Assembly: GCA_965217895.1 (NCBI GenBank)
Contig: CBDCJV010000002.1
Coordinates: 4,512,001-4,576,000, forward strand
DNA from: Waterburya sp.
GTDB lineage: Bacteria > Cyanobacteriota > Cyanobacteriia > Cyanobacteriales > Xenococcaceae
Direction: 5' to 3'
Length of the DNA stretch: 64,000 nt
Shown here piece after piece: positions 45,465 through 56,369 of the stretch. Every line of letters starts with the position of its first letter. The first letter of the stretch is position 1. The notes under the pieces were generated by a model. That model had not been told where the DNA came from, searched no databases, and worked only from the letters and a program-made list of their open reading frames with translations. Made by a program: the position numbers and the translations under genes.

Positions 45465-47135
45465 TTAGCTAGCAGAAGATGATGGTTGATTGTCGCGCTT
45501 AATTGTCCAGAAAGGAAAATTTTGGCTAGGGTTAATCGCTACGCCGTCGATTCCATTTTGGGCAAAAACATAGTCCTTGGTTTGCCAAAGAGGAATATAA
45601 GGAACATCCTGCGCCAGTAATTCCTGTAGTTCGACAAAAATAGCTTCTCGTTTGGTGGGATCTTGTTCTTGGCGAGATTGCTCGATTAACTGATTAGCGC
45701 GATCGCTATAGTAAAACGAACCTCTACTCTGTGCCGCACCTTCTTCGCAACCAACATTGGGCGAACCTTTGCTACAGCTAAGAAATGGCTGGATGTAGTT
45801 GTCAGGATCGAGAAAATCAGGATACCAATCAACTAAGGCAGTAGGATATATTCCTTGACTTAGGTTGCTAAAAAAGGAGGCAGATTCTACGCTATTGGGT
45901 ATAAATTGAATAATCCCCCCTAACTCTTGTTCTGCATAAGCTTTAATCGTATCAGCAACAATACCGCGAGTAATTGAACCAGAAGGATGCCAAATCTCGA
46001 TAATTGCGGGATTTTCAGTAGAGTAACCCGCTTTAGTCAGTAGCTCTTTTGCTTTAGCCGTATTGCCATCGCCGTAGAGCTTTTCAAAAGTAGGTTTATA
46101 GCTATCAAAAGCTGTGGGAATTAAGCTGTAAATTGGTTCTGCCTGACCTTTTAATACCCTGTCGTTAATTAAAGCACGTTTAATAGCTGAAGCGATCGCC
46201 TGACGTACTTCTGGCTGATTCAGAGGTTTTTGCTGGAGATTAAGAACCAGATAGTTAACTACTGTGCCTGAACCTTCAATTACCTGCCAATTGTTTTCCG
46301 CGCTATCGATCAATTTATCAATTTGTTGGGGATCGAGAGACTGGTAAGCTACGTCTATTGCTCCAGTTTTAAAACTATTATATAAATTGGCTGAGTTTCC
46401 ACCATAGACCTGTAGATCGATACCTTTGTTAGCTGGTTTGTCTCCCCAATAATTGTCATTAGAATTTAGGCTAATCGAATCGCTCTTAAATTGACCCAGC
46501 TTATATTTTCCCGTACCAATCATAATATTGGGCTTAAACTCACCTGCGCCAATTTTGTATGCTTGAGGAGATACTGCACAAGCACCAGGAAAAGCTAATA
46601 AAGCAGGAAAGGCTGCAAAAGGCTGTTTTAAACTAATCTTTAGTTCATATTCTGCCTTAGCTTCTACTTTACTTATAACATCCCCCAGTAAAAAGGCTGG
46701 TTGTCCGCCATTCTGCATAAAGCGTTGCAAAGAAAAAGCCATTGCTTCGGCGTTAAATTTAGCACCATCATGAAAGGTAACACCTTGGCGTAAAGGAATG
46801 GTATAAACTAAGCCATCTTCACTAATTTGTGGCACAGCCGTTGCCAACAATGGCTCGATTTCAGTTGTTCCCAGTTTGTAGGTATAGAGACTTTCACCAA
46901 CGTTGTAAATAATGTTTAATCCCGCTAACTCATAATTATCGGCTGGATCTAAGGTACGGGGTTTTAAAGTTGTGCCGACAGAAATGCGATCGCTATCGAC
47001 GGTATTTTTCCCAGAGGATTTATTACCATTACAGCCAACGGTTAAAGCCAAACATAAAGAAAATAAGATTATATATTTATAAATTTTGCATAACTGCTGC
47101 CACAGGCAAGAAAACTGGTTGTTGCTCATTACCAA
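45465..47135 (-). CDS. Peptide/nickel ABC transporter substrate-binding lipoprotein
   Basis: Lipobox TVGC, LRQGVTFHDG, WYPDFLDPD. Confidence 0.9.
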   Translation of the reverse strand: MVMSNNQFSCLWQQLCKIYKYIILFSLCLALTVGCNGNKSSGKNTVDSDRISVGTTLKPRTLDPADNYELAGLNIIYNVGESLYTYKLGTTEIEPLLATAVPQISEDGLVYTIPLRQGVTFHDGAKFNAEAMAFSLQRFMQNGGQPAFLLGDVISKVEAKAEYELKISLKQPFAAFPALLAFPGACAVSPQAYKIGAGEFKPNIMIGTGKYKLGQFKSDSISLNSNDNYWGDKPANKGIDLQVYGGNSANLYNSFKTGAIDVAYQSLDPQQIDKLIDSAENNWQVIEGSGTVVNYLVLNLQQKPLNQPEVRQAIASAIKRALINDRVLKGQAEPIYSLIPTAFDSYKPTFEKLYGDGNTAKAKELLTKAGYSTENPAIIEIWHPSGSITRGIVADTIKAYAEQELGGIIQFIPNSVESASFFSNLSQGIYPTALVDWYPDFLDPDNYIQPFLSCSKGSPNVGCEEGAAQSRGSFYYSDRANQLIEQSRQEQDPTKREAIFVELQELLAQDVPYIPLWQTKDYVFAQNGIDGVAINPSQNFPFWTIKRDNQPSSSAS

Positions 47136-47273
47136 GTATGATGCTCTAAAAGTCTATCTCGCATGATAAATGCTAATTCATCAGATCGTCCTTAAGAAGA
47201 TATAAACTGCAAAACTTATTCTTGCTTTAGAACATATTTGCCAAAAATAACTTTTTAAACTATTCTAAATTAC

Positions 47274-47287
47274 AGACCGAACGGTCT
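47274..47287. promoter_or_regulatory. Putative TetR operator (second copy 47929-47943)
   Basis: Palindrome AGACCGAACGGTCT upstream of tetR; AAGACCGATCGGTTT downstream. Confidence 0.7.
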
Positions 47288-47301
47288 TAAATATTATTTT
47301 A

Positions 47302-47892
47302 ATGTCTAAAGCTCAACAAACTAAAGCTCGTATAATTCATCAAGCAGCAGAGTTGTTTAACCTCAAGGGTTATGCAGGTTCTTCTATTGCCGACATTATG
47401 CAGGCAACGGGGTTAAAGAAAGGAGGAATCTATAACCATTTTCAAAGCAAAGATGAATTGGCTTTAGAGGCGTTTGATTATACTTCTAACCTACTTAGTC
47501 AAAGGATTTGGAGTGTGGTAAAAACTAAGCGTAATGCAATTAAACGATTACAGGCACTAGTATCTAGTTACTTGATTTATATTAACGATCCGCCCATTGT
47601 TGGAGGTTGTCCAATATTGAATACAGCGATCGAGACTGATGATACAGATTCGCCTCTGCGCGATCGCGCTTTGCAAGCAATGAACTCTAGCCGTAGCTTG
47701 ATTGTACGTATTTTGCAAAAAGGTATTAAAAAAGGAGAAGTGCGGTCAACTGTTGAACCCGATACCGTCGCCACAATTATTTTTTCTACTTTAGAAGGGG
47801 CGATTATGATGAGCAAACTTGAACGGAATCCTATCCATCTAGAAAGAGCCGTAGCTCACCTACAAAGTTATATTCAAAGTAATCTTACTTAA
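47302..47892 (+). CDS. TetR/AcrR family regulator
   Basis: GLKKGGIYNHFQSKDEL HTH, GGCP. Confidence 0.93.
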   Translation: MSKAQQTKARIIHQAAELFNLKGYAGSSIADIMQATGLKKGGIYNHFQSKDELALEAFDYTSNLLSQRIWSVVKTKRNAIKRLQALVSSYLIYINDPPIVGGCPILNTAIETDDTDSPLRDRALQAMNSSRSLIVRILQKGIKKGEVRSTVEPDTVATIIFSTLEGAIMMSKLERNPIHLERAVAHLQSYIQSNLT

Positions 47893-47966
47893 AGCCAACT
47901 TAAATTACTGCTTTTTTTTAGGTAAAAAAAGACCGATCGGTTTGTAAATGTAATTTTAAATCTCAG

Positions 47967-48074
47967 ATGAAAAAACCACTTGAAGTAAGCCTAGAATTTC
48001 CTGTTAAAACCTATGACATCGATTTTGCAGGAATTGTGAGAAATATTGTTTATAACAGGATGTGTATATGTTAA
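47967..48074 (+). pseudogene. Acyl-CoA thioesterase N-terminal remnant
   Basis: MKKPLEVSLEFPVKTYDIDFAGIVRNIVY, then breaks. Confidence 0.65.
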
Positions 48075-48925
48075 ACATTAACAAAGGAACGACAGCGATC
48101 GCCTGTGCATCGGGTGGTTTTAAGGCAATCTTCGTACATGGGGTATTAAGTGCTTTTGAATCAGCAAACTTTCGTGCGGATGCCTATAGTTCTGCTTCTG
48201 CTTCGGTAGTGGTTGCAGCTTTAGCAAGTGTGAATAAGGCTAGAAAAGCGGGGATAGATTATTGGTTAAAAGGGATGAAAATGTATGATTGCACTAAAAG
48301 TATGAGTCAAGTTTCCTTGGCAGGAATTGATTACTTTAATATTAATGTTGGCGAAGAACTTTTTAATCGCCAGTCTCAGTTTTATATTGCCGCTAGTAAA
48401 GTAATCACCAAAGAGGCTGCCGAACAAACCCAAAGCAAACAAGCAAGAAGATTGGGCAAAAAACTATTAATTGCTGCTGCAAAAAAAGAGCGCAGTTGGA
48501 TAGATCGACATTTGAAACTAGATCTTTTTAGCACTACCGCAAAAGATAATTTGGCTTTAAATCGAGATAACTTTGCCGAGGTTGCTTATGCTTCTAGCAG
48601 AATGCTGCATATCTATGATGTACCAGCGTGGATTGATCGCAAGCCATATATAGATGCTTGTTATACCTGTATTTGTCCAGCTTTAGAAATGGTCGATATA
48701 GGATATCAAAAGGTAATCGCGATCGCAACTGAGGCGGGAAAGTTTGATCGCGATTTATTTCAATCGGAAGTTATTCCCACACAGTACAAACAAGTACCCA
48801 TACACATTGTCCAGCCAGATATAAATCCTAAAGAGTTAGGTGTAGATGTTTTCCAAGCTACACCAGAAGGAATAGCCGCTGTCTATCAACATGGTTTAGA
48901 TAAAGGCAGAGAGTTTTTAACATAA
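48062..48925 (+). CDS. Patatin-like hypothetical protein
   Basis: ASGGFKAIFVHGVL, SASAS, YIDA. Confidence 0.6.
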   Translation: MYMLNINKGTTAIACASGGFKAIFVHGVLSAFESANFRADAYSSASASVVVAALASVNKARKAGIDYWLKGMKMYDCTKSMSQVSLAGIDYFNINVGEELFNRQSQFYIAASKVITKEAAEQTQSKQARRLGKKLLIAAAKKERSWIDRHLKLDLFSTTAKDNLALNRDNFAEVAYASSRMLHIYDVPAWIDRKPYIDACYTCICPALEMVDIGYQKVIAIATEAGKFDRDLFQSEVIPTQYKQVPIHIVQPDINPKELGVDVFQATPEGIAAVYQHGLDKGREFLT

Positions 48926-48954
48926 TTACACAATAACTACGGAGGATTTAACTG

Positions 48955-49368
48955 ATGAACAAGCAAAGTAAAACTTGGTTACTGTCAATTTTTATTTTTA
49001 GCATTGCTATTACCAGTCTTCACTATACCGATAACGCTATTTTTGTTCGTGAATATCCCGAACCAGAATGGATTACAACTTCTGGTGTATTTATAATCTG
49101 GGTAGTAATGACTGCGATCGCAATTGTCAGTTATTGGCTTTATAGCAAACAACAATTTTGGTTAAGTTATTTTCTTTTGGGTGCTTATGCTGGTACAGGT
49201 TTATCTAGTCCCGCCCATTACTTTTATGGTGAACTATCTCAGTTTTCTGTAAAAATGCACGTCCTCATTTGGACTGATGTAATTGCAGGTTTATCAGTAG
49301 TTGCATTTCTTGTTTGGTCAGCATTAATTACTCAAGAATGGCGCAATATCCAGGAGACAGAAAGATGA
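48955..49368 (+). CDS. Membrane protein
   Basis: About 4 hydrophobic helices, GGAGG RBS. Confidence 0.7.
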   Translation: MNKQSKTWLLSIFIFSIAITSLHYTDNAIFVREYPEPEWITTSGVFIIWVVMTAIAIVSYWLYSKQQFWLSYFLLGAYAGTGLSSPAHYFYGELSQFSVKMHVLIWTDVIAGLSVVAFLVWSALITQEWRNIQETER

Positions 49369-49474
49369 GTACAGAGTTGTAGGCGGGCAAAGTAGATAAT
49401 TCTACCTGCCATAGACTATAAGCTTCTATTGCCCGCCAAAAAGCGAATGATTGGTAATCAAATAATTAATATTC

Positions 49475-50155
49475 ATGCTCAAATTTTATTACAATCCCTT
49501 ATCTCCTTTAGCCCGTCGTGTCTGGATTGCCTTGTTAGAGAAAGAAATATCTTTCACGCCCATAATCGTCAATCTTAAAGAAGGAGAACAGTTTAAGCGA
49601 GACTTTTTAGCAATTAATCCTTTTCATCATGTACCTGTAATTATTGATGATGGTTTAAGGGTTTTAGAGTCTTTAGCAATTTTAGATTATTTAGAAAGTA
49701 AATATCCCCAGAATCCTTTACTACCGAGCGATTCTTCCAGATTAGCTAAAGTACGCATGGCGCAAATGGTAGCCAATAATGAGTTGTCATCTTTAGTAAT
49801 TCCCTTGATTAGTGAAGCAGCAGACTCGCCAAAGCTAGCAGGAATAAAACGTAAAATCACCAGAATACTTGATTTTTTGGGAGAGTTGTTAGATGAAGAT
49901 GTTTATTTTGGTGGAGATAGCCTTTCTCTAGGAGATATTGTTGCGGGAAATGCCGTTATCTTAGCTTCTAAATTAGGCTTCGATCTAAGTCAGGTAGAAA
50001 AAATTGAGCGGTGGTGCGATCGCCTGATGCAAAGAGAAGTTTGGCAACAAACTCAACCCAATGACGAACAGGTAGAGATATTTAAGCAAACCGTACAGAA
50101 GTTAATTGAATCTCAAGGTCAAGCCCAAGTTATTTATCAGGTTAAGCGATCCTAA
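49475..50155 (+). CDS. Glutathione S-transferase
   Basis: INPFHHVP, ESLAILDYL, SLGDI. Confidence 0.92.
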   Translation: MLKFYYNPLSPLARRVWIALLEKEISFTPIIVNLKEGEQFKRDFLAINPFHHVPVIIDDGLRVLESLAILDYLESKYPQNPLLPSDSSRLAKVRMAQMVANNELSSLVIPLISEAADSPKLAGIKRKITRILDFLGELLDEDVYFGGDSLSLGDIVAGNAVILASKLGFDLSQVEKIERWCDRLMQREVWQQTQPNDEQVEIFKQTVQKLIESQGQAQVIYQVKRS

Positions 50156-50229
50156 GTAAAAAAACGCTCTAACTACAACTTTCAGTAAGATAAAAGCCAG
50201 TAATTTACCATATCCATTACAATTCAAAC

Positions 50230-50790
50230 ATGGCTAATTTAAGCTTAAATTTAGGGTGCGGAACAAAACTTCTTGACGGATATATTAATGTTGACAAATT
50301 TGGCGATCCCGATCTTTGCCTCGATCTAGAAACGTTTCCCTATCCTTGGCAAGACAATACTGTAGCTAAAATTGAAATGCACCATGTTTTAGAACATCTA
50401 GGACAACAAACCCAGATTTATCTCAAAATAATCCAAGAACTTTATCGCATTTGTCAGCCAAGTGCCAAGATACATATAACTGTCCCTCATCATCGCAGCG
50501 ACAGATTTTTCCACGATCCTACTCATGTTCGTCCCATTACGCCTGTAGGATTAAGTATGTTCTCAAAACAAAATAATCGAGAATGGCAAGCAAAGGGAAA
50601 AGCATTTACTTTACTTGCCTTGTATTTAGACGTTGACTTTGAATTAACCCAGGCAAAATATACCCCTAGTGAAATTTGGTTTGATCGATATCCAGAGAGT
50701 GCAGCCGATAAAAACCTTTTGCTAAAAGAAAGTGAAATATACTGCAACTTAATCAAAGATGTAGAAATGATTTTGACGGTAATAAAATAG
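50230..50790 (+). CDS. Class I SAM-dependent methyltransferase-like protein
   Basis: LNLGCG, HVLEHL, DPTHVR. Confidence 0.8.
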   Translation: MANLSLNLGCGTKLLDGYINVDKFGDPDLCLDLETFPYPWQDNTVAKIEMHHVLEHLGQQTQIYLKIIQELYRICQPSAKIHITVPHHRSDRFFHDPTHVRPITPVGLSMFSKQNNREWQAKGKAFTLLALYLDVDFELTQAKYTPSEIWFDRYPESAADKNLLLKESEIYCNLIKDVEMILTVIK

Positions 50791-50820
50791 TTAAGTTAGC
50801 AGAAAAAATAACGAGGTTAT

Positions 50821-51369
50821 ATGATTTTAACTACTTACAAATGGTCTATTGAAGAATGGCACGAATTAGTTGACTTTGGATTGCTAGAAGGAAAACCAGT
50901 TGAGTTTCTAGAAGGAGAAATTGTAGAGGTGAGTCCAGAGGGAATTGAACATAGCTACACTAATCGTTCTATTGTTAAATATTTAAGACAATTACTTGCT
51001 CAAAAAGCAGAGATTATCCAAGCTCAACCCATCACACTAGACAATAGCGAACCTGAACCTGATGTTACTGTTGCCAAACTACCAGAAACTAGATATCTCA
51101 ATCATCACCCTTATTCTCAAGATATCTATTGGCTGATTGAAGTATCTAATAGGACATTAAACAAAGACTTAAATCAGAAAATTATTACCTATGCTCGTAA
51201 TGGTATACCTGAATATTGGGTAATCGATCTAGTTAATAAAAAACTAATTATTCATACTCAAGTACAAAACAATGGTTACGCTCAAATTACTGAATATACA
51301 ACAGGTACGGTTTCACCTTTAGCTTTTCCTAATATTGCGATCGCCTTGAATGAATTATTGCTTTATTAA
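50821..51369 (+). CDS. Uma2-family endonuclease
   Basis: SEPEPD, LIEVS, YARNGIPEYWVIDL. Confidence 0.92.
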   Translation: MILTTYKWSIEEWHELVDFGLLEGKPVEFLEGEIVEVSPEGIEHSYTNRSIVKYLRQLLAQKAEIIQAQPITLDNSEPEPDVTVAKLPETRYLNHHPYSQDIYWLIEVSNRTLNKDLNQKIITYARNGIPEYWVIDLVNKKLIIHTQVQNNGYAQITEYTTGTVSPLAFPNIAIALNELLLY

Positions 51370-51405
51370 ACATCAATAAGGCGATCGCCGTTATATATTT
51401 GCTAT

Positions 51406-51660
51406 TTAATTACGCCCTGCGGTAACTCCCCCATCCACAGGTAATACAACCCCTGTAATCCAACCAGAGCGATCGCTATCGGCTAGAAATAAAACTGCTT
51501 CAGTAATATCTTGAGCTTGTCCATTACGACCAAGAGGATGAAAATCATTAAACGAAGCTAACTGTTCATTGGTTAACAACGAATCAAATAGAGGCGTTTC
51601 GACTACAGTAAGAGCGATCGCATTTACTCTAATTTTATCGGGCGCGAACTCAATTGCTAA
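51406..51660 (-). pseudogene. SDR oxidoreductase C-terminal fragment
   Basis: AIEFAPDKIRVNAIA...HPLGRNGQAQDITEAVLFLA...WITGVVLPVDGG. Confidence 0.8.
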
Positions 51661-51664
51661 ATTT

Positions 51665-51802
51665 ATGGTTAATTTATGCTTAAATCTAGGGTGTGGTACT
51701 AAACGTCTCGACGGATATATTAACGTCGATAAATTTGGCGATCCCGATCTTTGTTTTGATTTAAAAACGTTCCCTTATCCCTGGGAAAATAACAGCAGTT
51801 AA
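51665..51802 (+). pseudogene. Truncated paralogous copy of the 50230 methyltransferase N-terminus
   Basis: LNLGCGTKRLDGYINVDKFGDPDLCFDLKTFPYPW nearly matches the start of 50230. Confidence 0.85.
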
Positions 51803-52134
51803 AAATCGTGAATTGAATAATTTATAGATTAAGCGTAATGCTGCAATATTCAAATTTTGAATTTTATTAAATTCTTGTTTGGCGATCGCTTATGCGCTGC
51901 CGAAGTAACCTTTGCTGCTAGCTACTTTTAAATTAGTAACCTTCTTGTACTTTCTAGGATAATAATATACAGTCTAATACCAAATCAATGAATGTTTGTA
52001 ACACCTGAAAATAATCTGAGGATAGAGCGGGCATTGCCCACTCTACAAGCGATCTGTTGCATTCTTTTTTCTATTTGGTATAAGTTCGGGTTAATTACCT
52101 AGCAATTATTTCTATTGACTGACAACCAAAAAAA

Positions 52135-52485
52135 ATGCCTATCTTGCCAGAGGCTGACTACCGTGAATTTTTATGGTGGCTTTTACGTCAAAGAAAACGC
52201 TTAAAAGTTACTGGAAAATCAATGCTGCCTTTGTTACAGCCAGGGGAAGAAATTCTCGTCAATCCCTATTCTTATCACAGAACTTTGCCCAAAATTAATG
52301 ATGTTGTAGTTACAACTCATCCTCTATATTCAGAGTTAACCATAATCAAAAGAGTTACAGCTATTGACAATGATGGCAACTGCTTTCTAATTGGCGATAA
52401 TCTTGCAGCCAGTACAGATAGTCGTCATTGGGGTGCAGTGAATTACAAAAACCTAATAGGAAAGGTTACTAGTCGTTTTGGCTAG
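52135..52485 (+). CDS. sodX: Nickel-SOD maturation protease (S26)
   Basis: VTGKSMLP, IIKRV, GDNLAASTDSRHWG. Confidence 0.85.
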   Translation: MPILPEADYREFLWWLLRQRKRLKVTGKSMLPLLQPGEEILVNPYSYHRTLPKINDVVVTTHPLYSELTIIKRVTAIDNDGNCFLIGDNLAASTDSRHWGAVNYKNLIGKVTSRFG

Positions 52486-52639
52486 AATAGACTAGTAACC
52501 ACAAATAATAATGTTAAATTGCAAATGCTCCAGGCAAAGAATAGCTATAAAAACAATTAAAGCTAAAAAAGCCAAGTTTTCACTGCCTTTTTAACTTCCT
52601 TTTCGCCAATAGCGTTTGAATAGATCGACCTAGTAAAGG

Positions 52640-52978
52640 CTATTGAGCGATCGCTCCTTGAAACGCATCTTGATTCTCAAATATTTCAAAAGCCTTATCC
52701 AATTGGGTAAGCTCAAACATAATACGTACAGAAGGCGCAAGAGAACAAATTCCAAACCGATGTCCTAGGCTTTGAGCCAGACGAAAAGCTTTGATTAAGA
52801 CCATTAATCCTGCGCTATCCATAAACTCTACTGCTTCCATATTTACAAGTAGAGCAGAGTTTACAGAAGATTTGATTTCTACAGTTAACTTCTCTAAAAA
52901 TTCTGAGGCATTAGCTGCACTTAAAAAACCTTCTGGTCTAAAAGTAGTGAATTCTGTTCGTAACTTTGTGCTGCTCAT
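52640..52978 (-). CDS. STAS anti-sigma factor antagonist
   Basis: VEFMDSAGL, FELTQLD. Confidence 0.9.
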   Translation of the reverse strand: MSSTKLRTEFTTFRPEGFLSAANASEFLEKLTVEIKSSVNSALLVNMEAVEFMDSAGLMVLIKAFRLAQSLGHRFGICSLAPSVRIMFELTQLDKAFEIFENQDAFQGAIAQ

Positions 52979-53614
52979 CTTTATTACTTTCCGCTTTAGA
53001 TATTACTTAAAAAAATAGTTCTGTGTCCCAACGATAATCCGTAACTTTACGGATTCAATCTACTTTACAGAATCTTGATAAGAAGATGAAGTATTACTAA
53101 AATCTGACTACAGGGAGGCTAAATACTGGCTGAATATATTGAGCCTATTCGCTTGTAAAAGCTTGATATTAAGCTAATCAGCTTAAGTCGGCTTTTATTA
53201 TGAGAAACACCCTACATTTATAATCAATTTTTAGCGGTTTCATATCGTGGTAATCACTGAATTTTCACCTTAACTTTACATAAACCAAACTGCTGTTAGT
53301 AATTGGTATAAATTATTATGATTTAATTTTTGTCAAAAGTTGGTATTAAAATTTACTAAATTTTAGTTTTCTTACAGACATACTTTTTTCTTTTTTTGTC
53401 CTTGCAGATAACCATAAGGCTAAATCATAAAAGTAAAAAACTCGAACAACATTGAGGATATATGATTTGTTGGTCAGCAATAATAACAGTAAAGTAATTT
53501 TCTATACTAGACTTCTTGCATGAATCAGGCGATCGCTAAATCTAGTCCGCTATTGTAGCAGCTACATCTATTACTACTACTTTATTCAACTCTCGATCAA
53601 ACGCAAAAAATATT

Positions 53615-54571
53615 TCAGCTTGGCTTAGTACCAATAATTGTCCGATGGCGAGGATCGCTAGCTACGGTAGTTTGATAATTAAAACCCGCTTTGGTGACTG
53701 CTGCTTCGACATCAAAAGTATAGTAGTCATCACTCCAAGGTTCGGTGCTTTTCATGAGGGTAAACAGTACTGGAGGTAAGCGTTGAATTACAGCAGAGGC
53801 AGGATTATTATCCACAATGCCTATTACACCTCCTGGTTTTAGAATGCGTAGCACTTCTGTGAAAATTTTTTGGGTTGCTTGGTGGGGTAACTCATGAATA
53901 ACGAATTGCAGGGTAACTAAATCCAGAGAATTATCCGCCAACTCGGTAGACTCTCCCATGCCATGCAGCCATTGAGCAATTTCTTGAGTATCGGTAGTTT
54001 TTGCCACTGCCAACATATAGGGAGATAAATCTAAACCAATGGTATTGATTGCACTTTCTTGTTTCTCGCAAAAGTAGCGATGTAATTCTCGAGTAGAAAT
54101 ACCTACAGAACAACCTAAATCTAAAATATCTGTAATTGTTTTTGGAGTATATTGTTCTAGTATCTGATAAAAACTATGGCGGAGTCTTTGCTGCGCTGTT
54201 TGCCAAGTAATATCTTCATCTTTCCAGATCCTTAACCCCATAGAATAAGTTGCAGAAGGAGCTTCAAAAGCTGCCTGCCAACATAGATTGCCTTCATCGT
54301 AGGCATGAAAAGGTACTTGATAGTAATCGGGATAAACTAAATCTTTATTGGTTAAGGAGTCTAACAAATCCTTTGCCCCAGACTGTTCTAATTCCTGATA
54401 ATTCTTGCGCCAGGGAATACCGTTTTTTTCAGCAGTTTTGATCAATACCTGTCGCGCTTGACGCTGCATCACTCTATATATTGGCTTGGTTTGAATTAGC
54501 AGGTTTACAAAGCGAGAAAGCAGATCTTTTCCTGCCCAATCTGGTTTTAATTTATCGGTGGAAATTGTCAC
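53615..54571 (-). CDS. Class I SAM-dependent methyltransferase
   Basis: ILDLGCSVG, GLDLSPYML. Confidence 0.88.
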   Translation of the reverse strand: MTISTDKLKPDWAGKDLLSRFVNLLIQTKPIYRVMQRQARQVLIKTAEKNGIPWRKNYQELEQSGAKDLLDSLTNKDLVYPDYYQVPFHAYDEGNLCWQAAFEAPSATYSMGLRIWKDEDITWQTAQQRLRHSFYQILEQYTPKTITDILDLGCSVGISTRELHRYFCEKQESAINTIGLDLSPYMLAVAKTTDTQEIAQWLHGMGESTELADNSLDLVTLQFVIHELPHQATQKIFTEVLRILKPGGVIGIVDNNPASAVIQRLPPVLFTLMKSTEPWSDDYYTFDVEAAVTKAGFNYQTTVASDPRHRTIIGTKPS

Positions 54572-54854
54572 AGTAGTTAGAATTTATGGAAGTTCATGAC
54601 GAGATAGAATTATAGGCGATCACGATCGCTTTTTTTAATTTAGATTTTATTAAACTACGGGATTTCTTAAAGGAGAATTCACTGCTACATCGAACTGTTT
54701 ATTTCCCCTTTGAGTCCTTTGTCACCCCGTGAGTCAAGCTTGTATAAAACAACAACTTGCCTAAACTAAACTTTGAATTAGCTATAATCGAAAATTCAGT
54801 TTTTTATGAGCAGTCTTTTTTAGGTTGTTCTAAAAAGCATTTTGCAATTGTGGA

Positions 54855-56369
54855 GTGAGTACAGAAGATTTGAGCAAGTTATTGAAATTTAAATACTTAC
54901 TGTGTTTTGGTCTCAGCTTGATTTTTTTTATATCTACTGCTGTTATATTCTTGACAACACAAGCTACCTCAGTAACTAATCCGCCGCCCAATATTGTATT
55001 TGTTTTGACCGATGATTTAGATAATGTTGAGGTTGACTATATGCCTCAGGTAAAGTCGTTTATGGCTGATGGGGGAGTTAGTTTTAGCAACTATTTTGTC
55101 AATATCTCTCTTTGCTGTCCCTCTAGGGCAACCATGCTACGTGGACAATACGCTCACAATACAGGAGTTTATACCAATAAAAAGCAAGATGGTAGCTTTA
55201 TTTATCTTTATCGACATGGTTTAGAGAAATCAACTATTGCCACTTGGCTACAGCAAAAAGGTTATCGTAATGCTTACTTAGGCAAATACTTTAACGGCTA
55301 TCCGCGACACGCACCGAAAAACTATGTGCCTCCAGGTTGGGATGAATGGGCTAGTCCAATCTACGATAGTGGTTATGTGGGATTTAACTATACTCTCAAT
55401 GAAAATGGTAATTTTGTTGAATATGGCGATCGCCCTGAAGACTATACTAGTGATGTCTACACAGCCAAAGCGAAAAAGTTTATCAATCAGGCAGCTAAAG
55501 ACAAACAACCCTTTTTTCTCTATATTTCTTATTTTCCACCCCATCAACCAGCAATTCCCGCACCCCGTCACAGCCAGCTATTTCCTGATGCTTTTCAACC
55601 TCGCACTCCTTCCTTTAACGAAGCAGACGTGAGTGATAAACCTGAATATATTCGTAATTTACCTTTGTTGAATCAGCAGGATAAAGATGAGATTGATTTT
55701 CTCTATCGAAAAAGATTGCGATCGCTTCAGTCCGTCGATGAAGGTTTAGTAACCTTGGTTGATACCCTTAGAGCCAATGGTCAGCTAGACAATACCTATT
55801 TTATTTTCACCTCAGATAACGGGTTTCATCTTGGTCAACATCGCTTACCTCCCGAAAAAGAGACGGCTTATGAAGAAGATATTCACTTACCTCTTTATGT
55901 CAGAGGACCAGATGTGCCTGCGGGCAAAGCTATGGATCAGATTGTTAGTAACCTCGATCTAGCACCTACCTTTGCCGAACTAGCAGGGGCGAATACTCCT
56001 GATTTTGTTGATGGTCGCTCTTTGGTTAGTTTATTTCGTCGCAATTCTGTTGTACCAAGTTCTTGGCGACAGGTCTTTTTTCTCCAGCATCGATTAAATC
56101 GAAAAACAACCCCTTTAATTCCTAGTTTTAGAGGTTTACGAACTGACCACTGTACTTATGTTAAATACATTACTGGCGAGGAAGAACTATACGACATTAC
56201 ACAAGACCCTTATCAACTACAAAATTTGGCCAGGGTAATTCAACCTCAAGTAATCAAAGAATATGCCAAACGTATGATCGATCTTAGTAAATGTAAAGGG
56301 GAAACTTGTCGAAAAAAAGAACTTAAACCTTTACCAGACTGTGCAATAGATAAAGAAAGAAGCGGTTAA
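54855..56369 (+). CDS. Sulfatase (N-acetylglucosamine-6-sulfatase-like)
   Basis: PNIVFVLTDD, CCPSRA formylglycine motif, FTSDNGFHLGQH, N-terminal membrane anchor. Confidence 0.92.
   Translation: MSTEDLSKLLKFKYLLCFGLSLIFFISTAVIFLTTQATSVTNPPPNIVFVLTDDLDNVEVDYMPQVKSFMADGGVSFSNYFVNISLCCPSRATMLRGQYAHNTGVYTNKKQDGSFIYLYRHGLEKSTIATWLQQKGYRNAYLGKYFNGYPRHAPKNYVPPGWDEWASPIYDSGYVGFNYTLNENGNFVEYGDRPEDYTSDVYTAKAKKFINQAAKDKQPFFLYISYFPPHQPAIPAPRHSQLFPDAFQPRTPSFNEADVSDKPEYIRNLPLLNQQDKDEIDFLYRKRLRSLQSVDEGLVTLVDTLRANGQLDNTYFIFTSDNGFHLGQHRLPPEKETAYEEDIHLPLYVRGPDVPAGKAMDQIVSNLDLAPTFAELAGANTPDFVDGRSLVSLFRRNSVVPSSWRQVFFLQHRLNRKTTPLIPSFRGLRTDHCTYVKYITGEEELYDITQDPYQLQNLARVIQPQVIKEYAKRMIDLSKCKGETCRKKELKPLPDCAIDKERSG

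Noticed and set aside
51569..51802. 77-aa ORF as a real gene
   Set aside because: Chimera of the SDR fragment's antisense strand and the duplicated methyltransferase stub.
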